Shown: one piece after another, positions 12,136 to 26,955 of the stretch
Layout of the letters: every line of letters begins with the position of its first letter
How positions within the stretch are numbered: the first letter of the stretch is position 1
DNA from: Octopus vulgaris
Taxonomy: Eukaryota
NCBI GenBank assembly: GCA_951406725.2
Contig: OX597816.1
Span: 119,660,001-119,724,000, forward strand
Direction of reading: 5' to 3'
DNA: 64,000 bases
Position numbers and translations under genes: made by a program
The notes under the pieces: model-generated
Told to the model about the DNA's origin: nothing
The model's input: the letters and a program-made list of their open reading frames with translations, nothing else
Database searches by the model: none

Positions 12136-12463
12136 TATGTGTGCATGCGTGAGTGTGAGTGCGAGCGCGTGAGTGGGGGTGAACGTGACTAAAGCAAGGA
12201 ATATGTTTCATTGTGTATGGCAGCTTGAATAGTATGTGTTTATTTTGTGTATGTTATTATACACTCCTGATAGATGTCATTTCTCGTGGGATATAATGCA
12301 ATATTTGCTAAGAGGCCTTTCTACATTTGCCTGCTTACTCGCTAATATGTTTATCACTCCGTCTATATACGTAAAATATGTGTGTGTGAGTGCGTGTGCT
12401 TGTGTGTGTATGTGTGTGTGCATTATATATATATATGATACATATGTATTTGATACATATATA

Positions 12464-12518
<55 letters not shown>

Positions 12519-12535
12519 CTGTATATATATGTATA

Positions 12536-12583
<48 letters not shown>

Positions 12584-12702
12584 TATATATATATGTATAT
12601 ATAAAAATGTATGTATATAAATGTATGTATATATACACATATATATGAGTACATATATGTGTGTGTATACATATATATACATATGTATGTACATACATAT
12701 AG

Positions 12703-12760
<58 letters not shown>

Positions 12761-13644
12761 CACACACACACATATATATAATACATACACACATATAAAT
12801 GTATGTATGTACTTACGTATGTATGTATGCATGTATGTATGTATGTATGTATGTATGTATGTATGTGTGTATGTATACAGCCACCGCTCACACACTCATC
12901 CTCACAGAAACGCGTGTGTTTATGTGTGTTAATGTGTCCGGGCGTTAATCTGTCTCCTTACCTCCCTCCCTACGTACGAACGTACCTACCTACCTGGCCA
13001 CCTACCTACCTACATACCTACCTACCTATCTATCTATCTATCTATCTACCTATCTATTATCAGTCTATCTATATTTGTCTGTACTTATCTATCGATTTAC
13101 CTATCTACCTATCTATATGTCTGTCTGAATGTCAGTTTGTCAGTTTGTCTGTGTCGAACTGTATCGAGTTAATTACAAAATCAGCTAGATTTAGTAGAAG
13201 ATCAAGCTGTCTGAATAATTATCCAAAACCTATTCAACCGTACTACATACAAGAGTGTATAAACGACATAAAAGATAACGGTGCGTGATTTAAAGAGCTA
13301 TTTGTATTAAAGATAGCGATATATCTTCTGGGAATCGGAGCCATCCTCAGTTCGGCTTCAAACAAATTGATTGCTTTAATTATTCAGTCGGATTTTCTGT
13401 GAAAGATAGTTTCCTTACGATGACATTAGATTAGACATTTCAAACAAATAAAAATACAAAAAGACAAAGAAGAAAAAAGAAGAAGAAATTGCTGCCTTTT
13501 CTTTTATTTTCTGTGTTGTCTCTTTTGGCTCTGACCACCCCTCTCTGTGTTTGGCTGCCTGCTTGTCTGTCTGTCTATCTGTATGTATGTATATACAGAT
13601 GTACGTATGATTGTATGCATACATATAGAGTTCTATGAGTGATT

Positions 13645-13689
<45 letters not shown>

Positions 13690-13695
13690 ATATAC

Positions 13696-13750
<55 letters not shown>

Positions 13751-13900
13751 CATATATATATATGTATATATATACATATATATATATGTATGTATATACG
13801 TATGTATATACATATATATCTGTATAATAAATATTATATATATATTATGTATGTATACATATATGCATACATACATACAATCTAAGAGAGAGAGAGAAGT

Positions 13901-14011
<111 letters not shown>

Positions 14012-14275
14012 TACACACATCTCACACACATAAAGTCGTACTCGAAATGCGCACGCACACAGCGCTCACAAAAGCGCGCCCACGAATATCTACTCTCACT
14101 TTGGGATTTTAACTGCCCATTTCCTTCCCTATTCTTTACACACGCGCACGCACGCGCACACACACACACATACACACTCATATATATTGATAGATAGATA
14201 GACAAAAAGATAGATAGATTGATAGATGGATAGATGGATAGATGGATAGATTGATAGATTGATAGATTGATATAG

Positions 14276-14412
<137 letters not shown>

Positions 14413-14439
14413 CATACCTATATATAGAGAGAGATAGAG

Positions 14440-14472
<33 letters not shown>

Positions 14473-14534
14473 CATACATACATACATACATACATACATA
14501 CATACATACATACATACATACATACATACATACA

Positions 14535-14567
<33 letters not shown>

Positions 14568-14579
14568 CTTTTATCTTTC

Positions 14580-14960
14580 TTTTATTTGTTTCAATCATTT
14601 GACTGCGGCCATGCTGGAGCACCACCTTTAGTCGAGCAAATCGACCCCGGGACTTATTCTTTGTAAGCCCAGTACTTATTCTATCGGTCTCTTTTGCCGA
14701 ACCGCTAAGTGACGGGGACGTAAACACACCAGCATCGGTTGTCAAGCAATGCTAGGGGGACAAACACACAAACACACACACATATATATATATACATATA
14801 TACGACAGGCTTCTTTCAGTTTCCGTCTACCAAATCCACTCACAAGGCATTGGTCGGCCCGGGGCTATAGCAGAAGGCACTTGCCCAAGATGCCACGCAG
14901 TGGACTGAACCCGGAGCCATGTGGTTGGTTAGCAAGCTACTTACCACAGCCACTCCTGCG

Positions 14961-14963
<3 letters not shown>
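14580..14963 (-). mobile_element. SINE family B, near full length
   Basis: Both head and 3' module present. Confidence 0.9.
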
Positions 14964-14997
<34 letters not shown>

Positions 14998-15092
14998 AGT
15001 ACTGTTCCGTAATAGAAAATTCAACAAAAAAAGTACGCCATCTGGTGAGAGATAAATATTATTTATTTAAAGGACACAATACATGTATTTAA

Positions 15093-15147
15093 GTGCTACT
15101 AATAGTTTCATATTTAAATAAATATCTCAAACATTTTCATCAGGCAC
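15093..15147 (-). ncRNA. Type I hammerhead ribozyme motif
   Basis: Reverse complement: gtgc-CTGATGA-[AT-rich]-GAAAC-tatta-GTA-gcac; weak stem II; AATAAA downstream; the unit abuts (TA)n at about 14995. Confidence 0.65.
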
Positions 15148-15303
15148 AAACCACATATCATAACGAAATACGAAAAAAATTGAAGAGAAAGAACTAGAAA
15201 ATCTGAGAAAACAATTCTTTTGATTTACAATGTGCATTTTCGTCTAGCTTTCTTACTTTCCCCTTACATTACCATGTGAAGTTTCTATTTTCTTTTTGTA
15301 ACA

Positions 15304-15373
<70 letters not shown>

Positions 15374-15419
15374 CACATATGTATGTATGCATATATATAT
15401 ATATATATGTATGTATGTA

Positions 15420-15465
<46 letters not shown>

Positions 15466-15628
15466 GTATGTATGTATGTTTGTACATATTGGCTGGAAAA
15501 TCCTGTCTCATTATCAGCATGATCAATTTGAGGGTACTTTCTCAACATGTACGTTTGAAATAAGCTTTAATTCTCACATCCTAATGTCTACTTTTTTCCT
15601 TTTTTTCTCTCTGCAGTTTACTTTACAC

Positions 15629-15913
15629 TAGTGGTTCTCAACCACTTTTTATCTATGGACCCTTTTATTACTACTATATTCTGATGAGCCCCCATATCCA
15701 TTCGATGTTTAAAAACTAGTTTTGTTGATATTTCTTTCAAAATTCCTATTTCGTTCATTGTTTAGCTGTTTCTTGCAATAAATACATCTGAAGCAAAATT
15801 GTTTTATGGACCCATAAAATGGTACTGTGGACCTAATTTACTATTTTGCTTATGTGGACCCCTAAATCTTATATATACTACAAGGCGTCATATGGTTGAG
15901 AACAGAAACACTG
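15629..15913. mobile_element. hAT (Charlie-type) MITE
   Basis: Ends TAGTGGTTCTCAACC and GGTTGAGAAC..CACTG; 8-bp TSD CTTTACAC / CTTTATAC (one mismatch). Confidence 0.75.
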
Positions 15914-16009
15914 CTTTATACTATAGTGGTTAAATTCGTGTCGATTTTACTGCTGTCATTGCTCTTCAGTAACGAAAGAAGCAAGAAATATTCGTTCTGT
16001 CTCAGGAAG

Positions 16010-16870
16010 TGTCCGGACAGGCCAACGATGGTTTGACCAGTTTTGCTAAGAAAACTTTTACTCCCGTAGTTTTACTCCAATGCAAACAACATGCGAATTA
16101 GCAAAATAGTTTAAATCCAGTCACTCTTCGATCATAAAACACTTTCATAAAACAGGATAAGTGTCTAAACTTACTCAGTGGGTCCTTCATCATCTGACTG
16201 CTTCTCAGCTTCATCAAAGAGTTGTTCTCTGCTCATCATTGAAGAGTAGACATGCTGCTGAGCGTTTTGTGAGCAGGATTATCACAAGTGATGAAAGGTG
16301 AGATCTCTCTAATTATATCCAATAAAAACGATAAGGGTTAGCTACCAAGGAAAAAGGAGAATTCAACACCAAACCAGAAAAAAATATTATGTTTTGTGTT
16401 TGGTGGGATATGAAGGGTGTCGTCTATCATGAAATGTTTAACCAAAATAAAACGGTTAATACAGAGAATTATTGTCAGAAATGCACCATCAGTGGTCAGT
16501 CTAACTGCAAGGCCACATATTGTCCAGCTCACTCAGGAGGAAACCATAGCACTAAATACAGAAGCTTCGCCTCAAACTCCCTACTCTCCTGACCTTACTC
16601 CATCTGTCATCTTTTCAGATCATTGCAACAATGTTTAGTGGGGAAACAGTTTATTAATTGTAAATAGATTTTAAATTGTACTGGGTGTTTCTTTACTTTG
16701 AAATGTGAAAAATTTTACGCCCGAAGAATCAACAACTTGCCACATAGAAGTAATTATGTAATCAATAGTGTGTGGAAATATTATCTTCATTAAATCTATT
16801 AATGAAGACCAAAGAAGCATTTATTTATTTCCCGTCTTGAAATGTAACAGGACTTTCTTTCTAATCTTAT
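16010..16870 (+). mobile_element. Mariner transposase pseudogene
   Basis: Motifs QWVLHHL (WVPHEL), RIITSDE, MFCVWWDMKGVVYHE and PYSPDLTPS (YSPDLAP) in shifting frames. Confidence 0.9.
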
Positions 16871-17154
16871 ATATGTATATATGCATATATGCATATATGC
16901 ATACATATATATATGTATATATGTATATATGCATACATATATATGCATGTATATATACATACATATATACTTATATATGTATATATGTATATATGCATAC
17001 ATATATATGTATGTATATATACATACATATATACATGCATCTATATATACATATATATATATATATGTATGTATGTATACATACATATATACAAGCATGT
17101 ATGTATACATACATATATACATACATATATATATATCGCTAAGTATATATATAT

Positions 17155-17330
17155 ATGCTTAGCGATATTTCGCCTGTCTTTACGTTCTGAGTTCAAATTC
17201 CGCTGGGGTTGACTTTGCCTTTCACCCTTTCAGGGTCGATAACATAACCACCAGCCGAGCACTGGGGTCGTTGTAATCAACTTACCTCTCCCCCTAAATT
17301 GCTGGCCTTGTGCCAAAATTTAAAATCAAT
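17155..17330 (+). mobile_element. SINE family A, 5'-truncated
   Basis: GTTCTGAGTTCAAATTCCGC..GACTTTGCCTTTCA.CCTTTC.GGGTCGAT. Confidence 0.8.
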
Positions 17331-17874
17331 ATTTTAGCTATTAGATGAAGGATAACACTTATGATCTTCGAGACTGATAAAAGAAGGAAAGAAGTTCATC
17401 TTCGACTGGTGACCTGGCCTGTATCTTTATAACAGAACAGACTCCACTAAAAGGTACCCGGGGATCTGGTGAAGGCGTTAGACCAGGTGACAGATTAAAC
17501 CAACAATCGAAGTGCAAGAACAGCCCATTCGGCGGGTTTCCATATAGTTCTTGACTGCCAGGTTTTAAGTGATAAGGTTTTCTTCCATCTTACAGTAGAA
17601 TGGAAGACTCTTGTCTGAGGAGCTGCTCATAGGAGTCAAACCTGAAATCACGTTGTTGAGGGGAGATGATTTTTACTATACAGGCATTCCTGTGCCCAAA
17701 GTAAGTGCAAGGGAAAATATAAAATAATATAAAGAAAGAAAATCTTAACATCGGATAGTTGAATTGAAAGGAAGGAAATTATAGTACATCTTCGCAAAAT
17801 AACACTTTAAAAATTGAAAAATAAATAATTGTGTGTGTGTGTATGTGTGTGTGTCTGTGAGTCTGTGTGTGAGA

Positions 17875-18900
17875 TGTGTGTGTGGTCGTGCGTATGGAAA
17901 GATGGCTCATCTGGAAAAGCAGCTTAGACCCCGCTACATGTCTAAATTCAAGAACTGAACTTTTGGGATCATGTCCACGTATGGCTAAATATTTGTTGCG
18001 TTTTGGTCCCTCCAAGATCACAGATAGAACCTGCTTTTTATATTGTGTCCACGTACAAGCACTTTATCTCTATATATATTTTTATATATTTTTACATATT
18101 TTTTCTGTACATATTTTTTCTGTATATCACTTTTCACCCTGCAATTTTATTGTACATGTGTTTATATAGACGTGTATATGAACATTTTTGTGCCCGTATG
18201 GGTATATATACGTGTGTGTGTGTGTGTCTGTGCATGTGTGTGTGTGTCGGTATATATATGTGTGCATATGTATGGTTGCATATATATGTAGGTGTAATGA
18301 ATGTTTCACGAGAGTGTGAATGAGCATATGCATATATAGCATGTGCGTATTTTAGATGTGTATATGAATATAATTGTGCGCGCATGGATATGTGTACGTG
18401 TGTGCGTGTGCGTGTGAGGATATTATGTATATGTGTACATATATGTATGGTTGCATATATATATGCTCATAAAGACGTGTGTGTGGGAGTGCATGTATGT
18501 GTTTCACGCGAGTGTGAGTGAACATATGCATATAGGCACATGTACATGGGTGTGCGTACGCGCATGTGTATGTATGTACATACGCGAAAACTGTGACCGT
18601 TTTTTTACTCTTTTACTTTCTCCCCTTCGGGGTTTTTCCCCTTTATTTTACGGTCATTCTTATAGCTCATTTGTTTGTCTTAATAACGGTCATTTACATA
18701 GTAATTTCCATTTATTTAACGGTCATTTTCATAGCATTTTCTTATTGTCTTAATAACTGACGAGATGCCGGAGCAGATTTCCCGACATCCGAAACTCGGA
18801 GTTTTATTATGGCAACCGAATAATTGTCACATATATTACAGATAATTCCTCTATTTACATAATATCGAGGTTTCATTCATTCTTTGTTGTCATACCATTA

Positions 18901-18905
<5 letters not shown>
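17875..18905 (+). mobile_element. Penelope-like element 3' fragment (GIY-YIG C-terminus plus terminal repeat)
   Basis: ERWLIWKSSLDPATCLNSRTELLGSCPRMAKYLL resembles the Penelope ORF end (EK..I...LN.R.EL...C.H..K.LL); hammerhead at 18751; 18790-18872 is homologous to 44850-45040. Confidence 0.6.
18751..18809 (+). ncRNA. Type I hammerhead ribozyme motif
   Basis: taataa-CTGACGA-gatgccgg..ccgacatcc-GAAAC-tcgga-GTT-ttatta; all three stems present; GUU site. Confidence 0.75.
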
Positions 18906-18996
<91 letters not shown>

Positions 18997-18997
18997 G

Positions 18998-19040
<43 letters not shown>

Positions 19041-19065
19041 CGGAAGTGAGAGAGTCGGGTGCAAG

Positions 19066-20059
<994 letters not shown>

Positions 20060-20074
20060 TAGATATATAGATAT

Positions 20075-20127
<53 letters not shown>

Positions 20128-20144
20128 GAGAGAGAGAGAGAGAG

Positions 20145-20330
20145 AAACTTCTGCAGGAATGCTGGGTGAAGGGATGGCAGCTATGGCTTTTCTCAGTCGA
20201 GGTTGGCTGTTGAGGATTCCCTGTTCAGTTGGCATGGAAGATGCTTACAACAATTGGAATGAGAGGTAAGGAGTGAAGGGTGGCTGTCATTACAAATGGT
20301 AAGAGTGGAGACGTAGATTCCATGTGCTAT
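20145..20330 (-). mobile_element. Possible Penelope-like ORF fragment
   Basis: Minus strand reads [23 protein letters not shown], similar to the linker between PLE RT and GIY-YIG. Confidence 0.35.
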
Positions 20331-20617
20331 TCATTCAAAGGGGTCTTGTTGTATGAGTGAAATTTTGAGAATGTAGAGAGGAGAGAAAGGATGTGTATGT
20401 TAAAATGAGGAGAGATGTCAAAAGGAATATGTGAGGAAAAAAGAAAGAAAGAGGAAGAGAAAATGAAAAAAGGAGTGTTAGTTGGTGGTAAAGATATTAT
20501 GAGGGGGATGGGAGTGGAGTAGAGGAGGGATAGGAAGAGACAAGAATGTAAGTATTGAATATGTGTGAGGATTGGGGGTGGGGTGATATGTGTGTGTGTG
20601 TATGTGTATGTGTGAAC

Positions 20618-20910
20618 CAGCACTCCGTCAGTTACGGTGACGAGGGTCCCAGCTGATACGATCATCGAAACAAATGGCTGAGCATTCTACAGACACCTGT
20701 ACCCTTAACGTAGTTCTCAGGGAGATTCAGCGTGACACAGAGTGTGACAAGGCTGGCCTTTTGAAATATAGGTACTACCCATTTTTGTCAGCTGAGTGGA
20801 CTGGAGCAACGTGAAATAAAGTGTCTTGCTCAAGGACACAACGCGTGGCCGGGAATTGAACTCACGACCTTCCGATCGTGAGCCGAATGCCCTGACCACT
20901 AAGCCCCATA
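20618..20910 (-). mobile_element. tRNA-derived SINE family C (Deu/Nin-like domain)
   Basis: Reverse complement has A-box GGCTTAGTGG, B-box GTTCAATTCCC and central CCAGTCCACTCAGCTG..AATGGGTAGTACC. Confidence 0.85.
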
Positions 20911-21684
20911 CACGCGCGCGAGTGAGTAGGCAAACGAAAGAAGGGCACTCAATACATTTATTGAGAGTTATATGGCCGAAGACTAGCCACATGATTGAAA
21001 TTCAGTGTACCAAAGAGTCTGAATCAAGCGATTTTGATATATATAACCATCTATATAATTCTGTGTGTGTATGCGTGTGTGCATGTGTGTGTGTATGTGT
21101 GTGTGTGTTCATACAGCTGGTGACCTGTACCAACGTACGATACCTATTTATTTTAAGTTGTTAAGAGCCAATTATTATCATTCGCACTGCTCTATATTAC
21201 ACTACTGTGACTTTGTGGTTGGTAAACCTACCAGCCATAGATGTTTGGCAATCATTCTTATATCTTATCTACTAGATTAACCATTACACTATTCTCTATT
21301 GTAGCCGACTGCATTCTATATGGACATTTGTAAGTAATAATGCGTAATAATAATATTTGTAGACATACTGCAGATCTTCCAAATACCTAATGTTTGTATT
21401 TGCTAGATATAACGTGTCAGTTAATTTGATATCATTAAACTGACTTTAGTACTGGCTGATATCGTATACACATACACACACACTTGCACACACGCGTACA
21501 CACAAACGCGCATACATATACACACATACACAGACAGACAGACAGATAGATAGATAGATATACTTACGTATGTATTGTTAGTATTTGCTTGTATATATAC
21601 ACACACACGCACATGTACATGTTTGTAAGTATGCACGTATGCATGTATGTATGTATTGTTAGTATACATTATATAAATGCAAAT

Positions 21685-21871
21685 GGCGGTGAGCTTGCAG
21701 AATCGTTAGAGCAACGGACAAAATACTCTACTGTGTTTGTTCCGATTCTTCACAGTTTGAGTTCAAAATCTACTGAGATTTAGTTGGCCTTTTATCCCTC
21801 TGAGTTAGTTAAAGAGATGTACCAGTGAAGTACTGGCATCGATTATATCAACTTAACTTTTCCCTGAAAAT

Positions 21872-21872
<1 letters not shown>
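21685..21872 (+). mobile_element. SINE family A, diverged
   Basis: GGCGGTGAGCTTGCAGAATCGTTAG head. Confidence 0.75.
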
Positions 21873-21916
<44 letters not shown>

Positions 21917-21948
21917 AAATTATAATAAACACAAGTTTGAATCATTGG

Positions 21949-22040
21949 TTCCCTACGTACGTTTCACCGTTGTGGTTGTTTGGAACCTCAAATTTCATTG
22001 GACGCTTTAACGCTTTAACCACAGAGGATCATCAGGGGAA
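21949..22040 (-). ncRNA. Type I hammerhead ribozyme motif
   Basis: Reverse complement: ttccc-CTGATGA-tcctctgtggtt..aaccacaacggt-GAAAC-gtac-GTA-gggaa; palindromic stem III ACGTACGT. Confidence 0.8.
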
Positions 22041-22302
22041 TGTGTATGTATATGTTTGTCTTGAAGAATGTTGAATCTGTATTTTCTCACAGTTGAATAT
22101 TATAAGGAAAAATAGAAAAGTAATGCAAATTGTTTCTTATAAGAAGCGTATTTTTCAATAAAATTATTCGATTTGGTACAGATGTGAAGAGACATACTCT
22201 TGATCTTTAATTACCTAATTTTGTTTTTGTTCTTTTTGTTTGTTTGCTTTTGCTTGTTTTTTTGTTTTGTTTTGTTTTTTGTTTGTTTTGTTTCTTTCAG
22301 AT

Positions 22303-22716
22303 ATATGATGAAGTGAGCTGATATTACAATGGTTGCTTCATTGGAAATCTGTCAGAAGCAAAGAGCAGTGGATGAGTTCTTTGTGGCCGAAAAGGAAACT
22401 CTTGTAGATATTCACAAAAGATTGAAAATGTTTTCAAAGATAAATCTTTGGATTACAGCAATGTGTGTAGATAGCCTGCTGTCTGAATGAGAATTCAACA
22501 GATTAAAAAGAATTGGGAAATTCAAGCTTAGCATACATGCTTCGTAGTGGACACCCATTAAATTCTGTCAGCCCTGCCAACAAGGAAAAAGCAGACGTTT
22601 AATTAGAGCTGATAGGCGAATATCCATTGATGAAATAGCATCAGGGCTTGGAATTAACCATTGCAGTGCTAAATGACATTAAAACAAATTGCATAACCTT
22701 TTGACTCACTTTCGTA
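22303..22716 (+). mobile_element. Internally deleted mariner element
   Basis: QKQRAVDEFFVAEKETLVDIHKRLK and IRADRRISIDEIASGLGINH (mariner HTH regions); TIR-like end TTTTGACTCACTTTCGTA. Confidence 0.8.
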
Positions 22717-23061
22717 TTTCACAAGTTAACTAGTTGCAGTGAATCCAGTGTAGACATGATGAACCCTTGCGTTCATGGGTATAATTGATTACAACTCTTC
22801 CACCACTTATCTGATACTCATTTCATCGAACTCAGAAAGAAAAAGAAATGCAAAGCTGACTTGAGTGGAGGTGGATTTGAATTCAGAGCGTAAAGTGGCC
22901 TAACTAAATACTATAGGGTCTTCGTCTGTCGCTCTATTGATTCTCCAAGTCCTTCATTCATTCTGTTGAAATTAATTTCTGTACCTTCAAATTAGAATAG
23001 ATTTGTGGAGTCTATTGGAAAAGTAACACACTAATATCTTTTTCTATCGCTTCTTCTATCA

Positions 23062-23333
23062 TTTATTTATTTCAATCATTGGACTGCAGCCATCCTAGGG
23101 TACCATCATAAAGAGCTTAGTCGAACAAATCGACCCTAGTATCTTAGTGCATATTCTGTCATCCCTTTTTACCGAACTGCTAAGTTATGGGACGTAAAAA
23201 TAAGAACCAACACTGTTTGTCAAGTGGTGGTGGGGGACAAATGCAAATAAAAAATACACACATAGATACATACATATATTTCTATACAACGGGCTTCTTT
23301 CAGTTTCCATCTACTAAATCTACTCACAAGGCT
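23062..23333 (-). mobile_element. SINE family B, 5'-truncated
   Basis: Matches the 3' module and part of the head of 14580-14963. Confidence 0.75.
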
Positions 23334-23344
23334 TATTGTTCTAA

Positions 23345-23560
23345 TAATCCTTTCTACTATAGGTACAAACCCGGAATTTTGCGGGCGGGGTCTAGTCGAT
23401 TACGTCAACACCACTACTTGACTGGTACTTTTTTTATCGACTCCGAAAGGATAGAAAGGAAGTCCACCGCGGACGCGTTTGAACTCAGAACGTAAAACCG
23501 GAAGAAATGCCGCTAAGCATTTTGTCTGGCGCGCTCGCGATTCTGCCAGCTCGACACCTT
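23345..23560 (-). mobile_element. SINE family A
   Basis: GATTCTGCCAGCTCG; CTGGTACTT..ATCGAC.CCGAAAGGAT. Confidence 0.8.
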
Positions 23561-23859
23561 ACATTACTCTAATAATAAGTTAGTGTTTACATACTTAGTG
23601 CTGAGGATCTCATATAACTAACTGGAAATAGTATTTTGTTAAGTTAAAAAAAAAGGAAAGAAATCATTGACAAATATTTTTATAGTCAGTATAAATACAG
23701 AAGACAACTCAGGAAATGTTTTAGCCTTATAACGACCATCTTGAGTAAAGTATACACTTCACCGCTGAGGATGGACATAATTATTTCGAGTTCATTTCTT
23801 TATGCTCCCTGCATTAGATACGGGGGTCGTTAAAATTTATTGTGTGTAATTGTTAAATA

Positions 23860-24052
23860 TTGATTTCAAATTTTGACACAAGGCCAGAAATTTCGAATGA
23901 GGAGTTAATCAATTGCATCAGCCCCAATGCTCAACTGGTACTTATTTTATCGACCCTGAAAGGATGAAATTTGAGCTCAGAACATGAAGGCAAATGAAAT
24001 GCCGCTAAGCATTTTGCCCGGCGCGGTAATGATTCTGCCAGCTCGGCGCCTT
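23860..24052 (-). mobile_element. SINE family A
   Basis: Same diagnostic motifs; internal deletion. Confidence 0.8.
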
Positions 24053-24550
24053 GTAATCTTCGTTTATTAAATTTTCACACTTTTAGTTCTGTATGATAGA
24101 ATTAATCTGTAAAAATATTTTGAAGCCTAATGCTTTTATTTTATTGTCGTCGATCAACAAAATTTATTACAATTTAATATTAATATATTTTATAGATCAT
24201 TAATTGTTACTTCACTTTATTTTATGGAAACGTTTAAGAACGATTATTTTTTCAACTAAACCTCATTTTATAGATGACTTGAGGGCTTGGAAAACTAATG
24301 TGATTTAGAGTATAAGCGAAAATTACCTGTAAAATGTATATCTAGAACTTCAAAATCGCGTCATGGTTTGTATATATCAGCGGTAGAGATGTTGAAAATT
24401 AACAAGCTCAAGAATAAATGTTTTGAAATGTAATAAATTATTTAATATCCCTTTTCACAGATTAATTATACTATGTATACACAACTAAAGTTATATAATT
24501 TAAAAATTGCACAAAGGACATTTAGTTCTACGTACCTCTACAAATGCAAT

Positions 24551-24960
24551 ACTTGGACACATCGTCAGTGCTGTATCCTGGAGTCACTGGCTGTTTCGGC
24601 TCTCACAACGTACGCCCTCATGCAAGCGACCTAGTCTATCCTAATCAAAGCTAAGCCTGTGTCCAAGAGACATTCTATAGACCACGGCGAACATCTTTTA
24701 TCAGCCAAAGTCATCTAGATGCTTTCTCAGCTGCTTCTAAGTTGTCCTTGATGACTCTTCTGTTCATTCTTTTAATGCCCAGAGACTTTGCTCAGCGTGC
24801 GACTCAGAAACCCTCAACTCCAGCTCCATCGACAAATACCTCGTTCTCCACCCATTCTTGTGACAGTCCTCCACTAACTCCTGGTAGTTAGCTTTTTTTT
24901 ACTTTCTTGCACCTCTTCCATCCTCTCTTCTCAGGGTACATTTATCACTAATAGGATTAG
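24551..24960 (-). mobile_element. HERO/NeSL-like non-LTR retrotransposon 3' end (restriction-like endonuclease)
   Basis: VP*EERMEEVQE..ANYQELVEDCHKNGWRT and LGIKRMNRRVIKDNLEAAEKASR*LWL. Confidence 0.8.
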
Positions 24961-25894
24961 CTTCCTGATTGTGTTGGAAACTAAAATAATATCTAGTCTC
25001 AAAAAGAGCCTAATGACCTGCATGTTAACATTAACTTAACTATTGTTTGTCGTGCGGATGGCGTATCTATGCAATCTACTCTTGTAATAGAACATCTAAA
25101 GAACACAATCAAAAAGAACAATCCATACCATTCTCTTTTTTTCTTTTTTCTTTTCTTTCATAACAGGGTCGAAGTTCCCTTTGCGTAACGAACACTACTC
25201 TATTCTTCTTGGTTCAAGGAAATATTTAACTCTACTTTTCTCAAAAATCTCTTTCTCATCTATTCCTCTTTTTCTCTTCTATCCCTCTTTTTCTCTTTTA
25301 TCCCTCTCTTTCACCTTTAACCGATCTCTCTCACTATCTCTTTTTATATATATATATATATCTCTGTCTTTCTCTCTCTCCCCTAGTTTATCTCTCTTCC
25401 TTTCTCTTTCACTAGCTCGCTATCTCTCTCACCTCCCATCCCTCCCACACACACACACCCTCTCGCTCAAGATGAACTGTAGAATGTTATGCATTTGAAG
25501 GACCCAGACAAAATAACGCTTACTAAAATTTTAAATTTTAATTTGTGCTTTATATTTAAGAAAAAGAACAATCCACAACAGCAACAATAAAAACGTTAAC
25601 AAACCAAACAGCAACATCAATAATAATGATAATAATAAATTTAGATTTTTTATATATAAAAAAAAAAAAGAATCGCAAAACAAATTTGAAGATTGCTGAA
25701 GCTTTCTGAAGAAAAAAAAACTTTACAACTTCCACCGAAATAGAATCGAAATTGTCAATTTGCTTCTTCCTTCCATTTTATTTCACATACAAAATGCGCG
25801 CGCACACACATATTATCCATATACACATACATACATACATACATACATACATACATACATACATACATACATACATACATACATACATACACAC

Positions 25895-25974
<80 letters not shown>

Positions 25975-26649
25975 TAGTATTTATTGACTCTTGTTAAGTC
26001 AACCTGCTTAAGTAAAGAAAATTCTCTTCAGATGCCTAATGTCTGCTACAAGCTTCAGTTCGTTTTCCTTATTTCTACCTCTGACTTTATCTCTTTTAAC
26101 TTTCCTCATATTTTTCTCATTCCTCTCCTTTCTTTCTTTTTCCTTTCTTTCTTTTTCCTTCCTTCCTTCCTTCTTTTTTTTTCCATCCACCCTCCTTTCC
26201 TACTTTCATTTTTGCTCGCTTTCTCACTCTGCTTTGTACTTTTTTTTAATACTTTTATATATTGTTATCTTTGTCTTTCGTTTATTTGTTGAATCACATA
26301 TTTTTTTGTTCTTCTTTCTGTCTTAACAATTTTCATTCCTTCTTTGTTACTTTCACTTTTTTTAAAAGACTTTCTCTGCGTGTGTTTGAGTGTTTGTGTA
26401 CGTTTGTGTATGCACGTGTGTAGTTATGCATATGATGTATGCTTCTGTGTATGTCTGTGTGTGTGTACATGCATATGTATAACGGTCTTACATCTGCCTG
26501 CGTCTGTCTGTATACGTGTGTACATAGTATGTTTATATCTATGTATGTATGTGTGTATATATATGTGTGTGTGTGCGTGTGTGTGTATGTATGCATGTAT
26601 GTATGCATGTATGTATGAATGTATGCGTATGCATATATACACATATCTT

Positions 26650-26717
<68 letters not shown>

Positions 26718-26955
26718 CATACATATGTATGTACAAGTATATGCATATATATATGAATGCATGTACGCATATATGCAACATGAGTGTGAAATAGTACGTA
26801 CGTATGGTGTATGATTCATTCTGTATGTGCGTGTGAGTGCTTGTCACAGCAATTCTGCTTGCGTATATCTGTGTGCGTGTGTGTGTATGTGTGCGTGTGT
26901 ATGTGCGTGTTCTGTTTCTAAGTCTGTACAGGTAGAATTAATCTAGCAAGACCAG

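Noticed and set aside
22240-22302. Strong-looking splice acceptor (T-rich tract plus CAG)
   Set aside because: The tract is a (TTTG)n repeat and what follows is a decayed mariner.
24551-24605. GAAAC and CTGACGA boxes at the HERO-like 3' end (minus strand)
   Set aside because: No consistent hammerhead stems I and III could be built.
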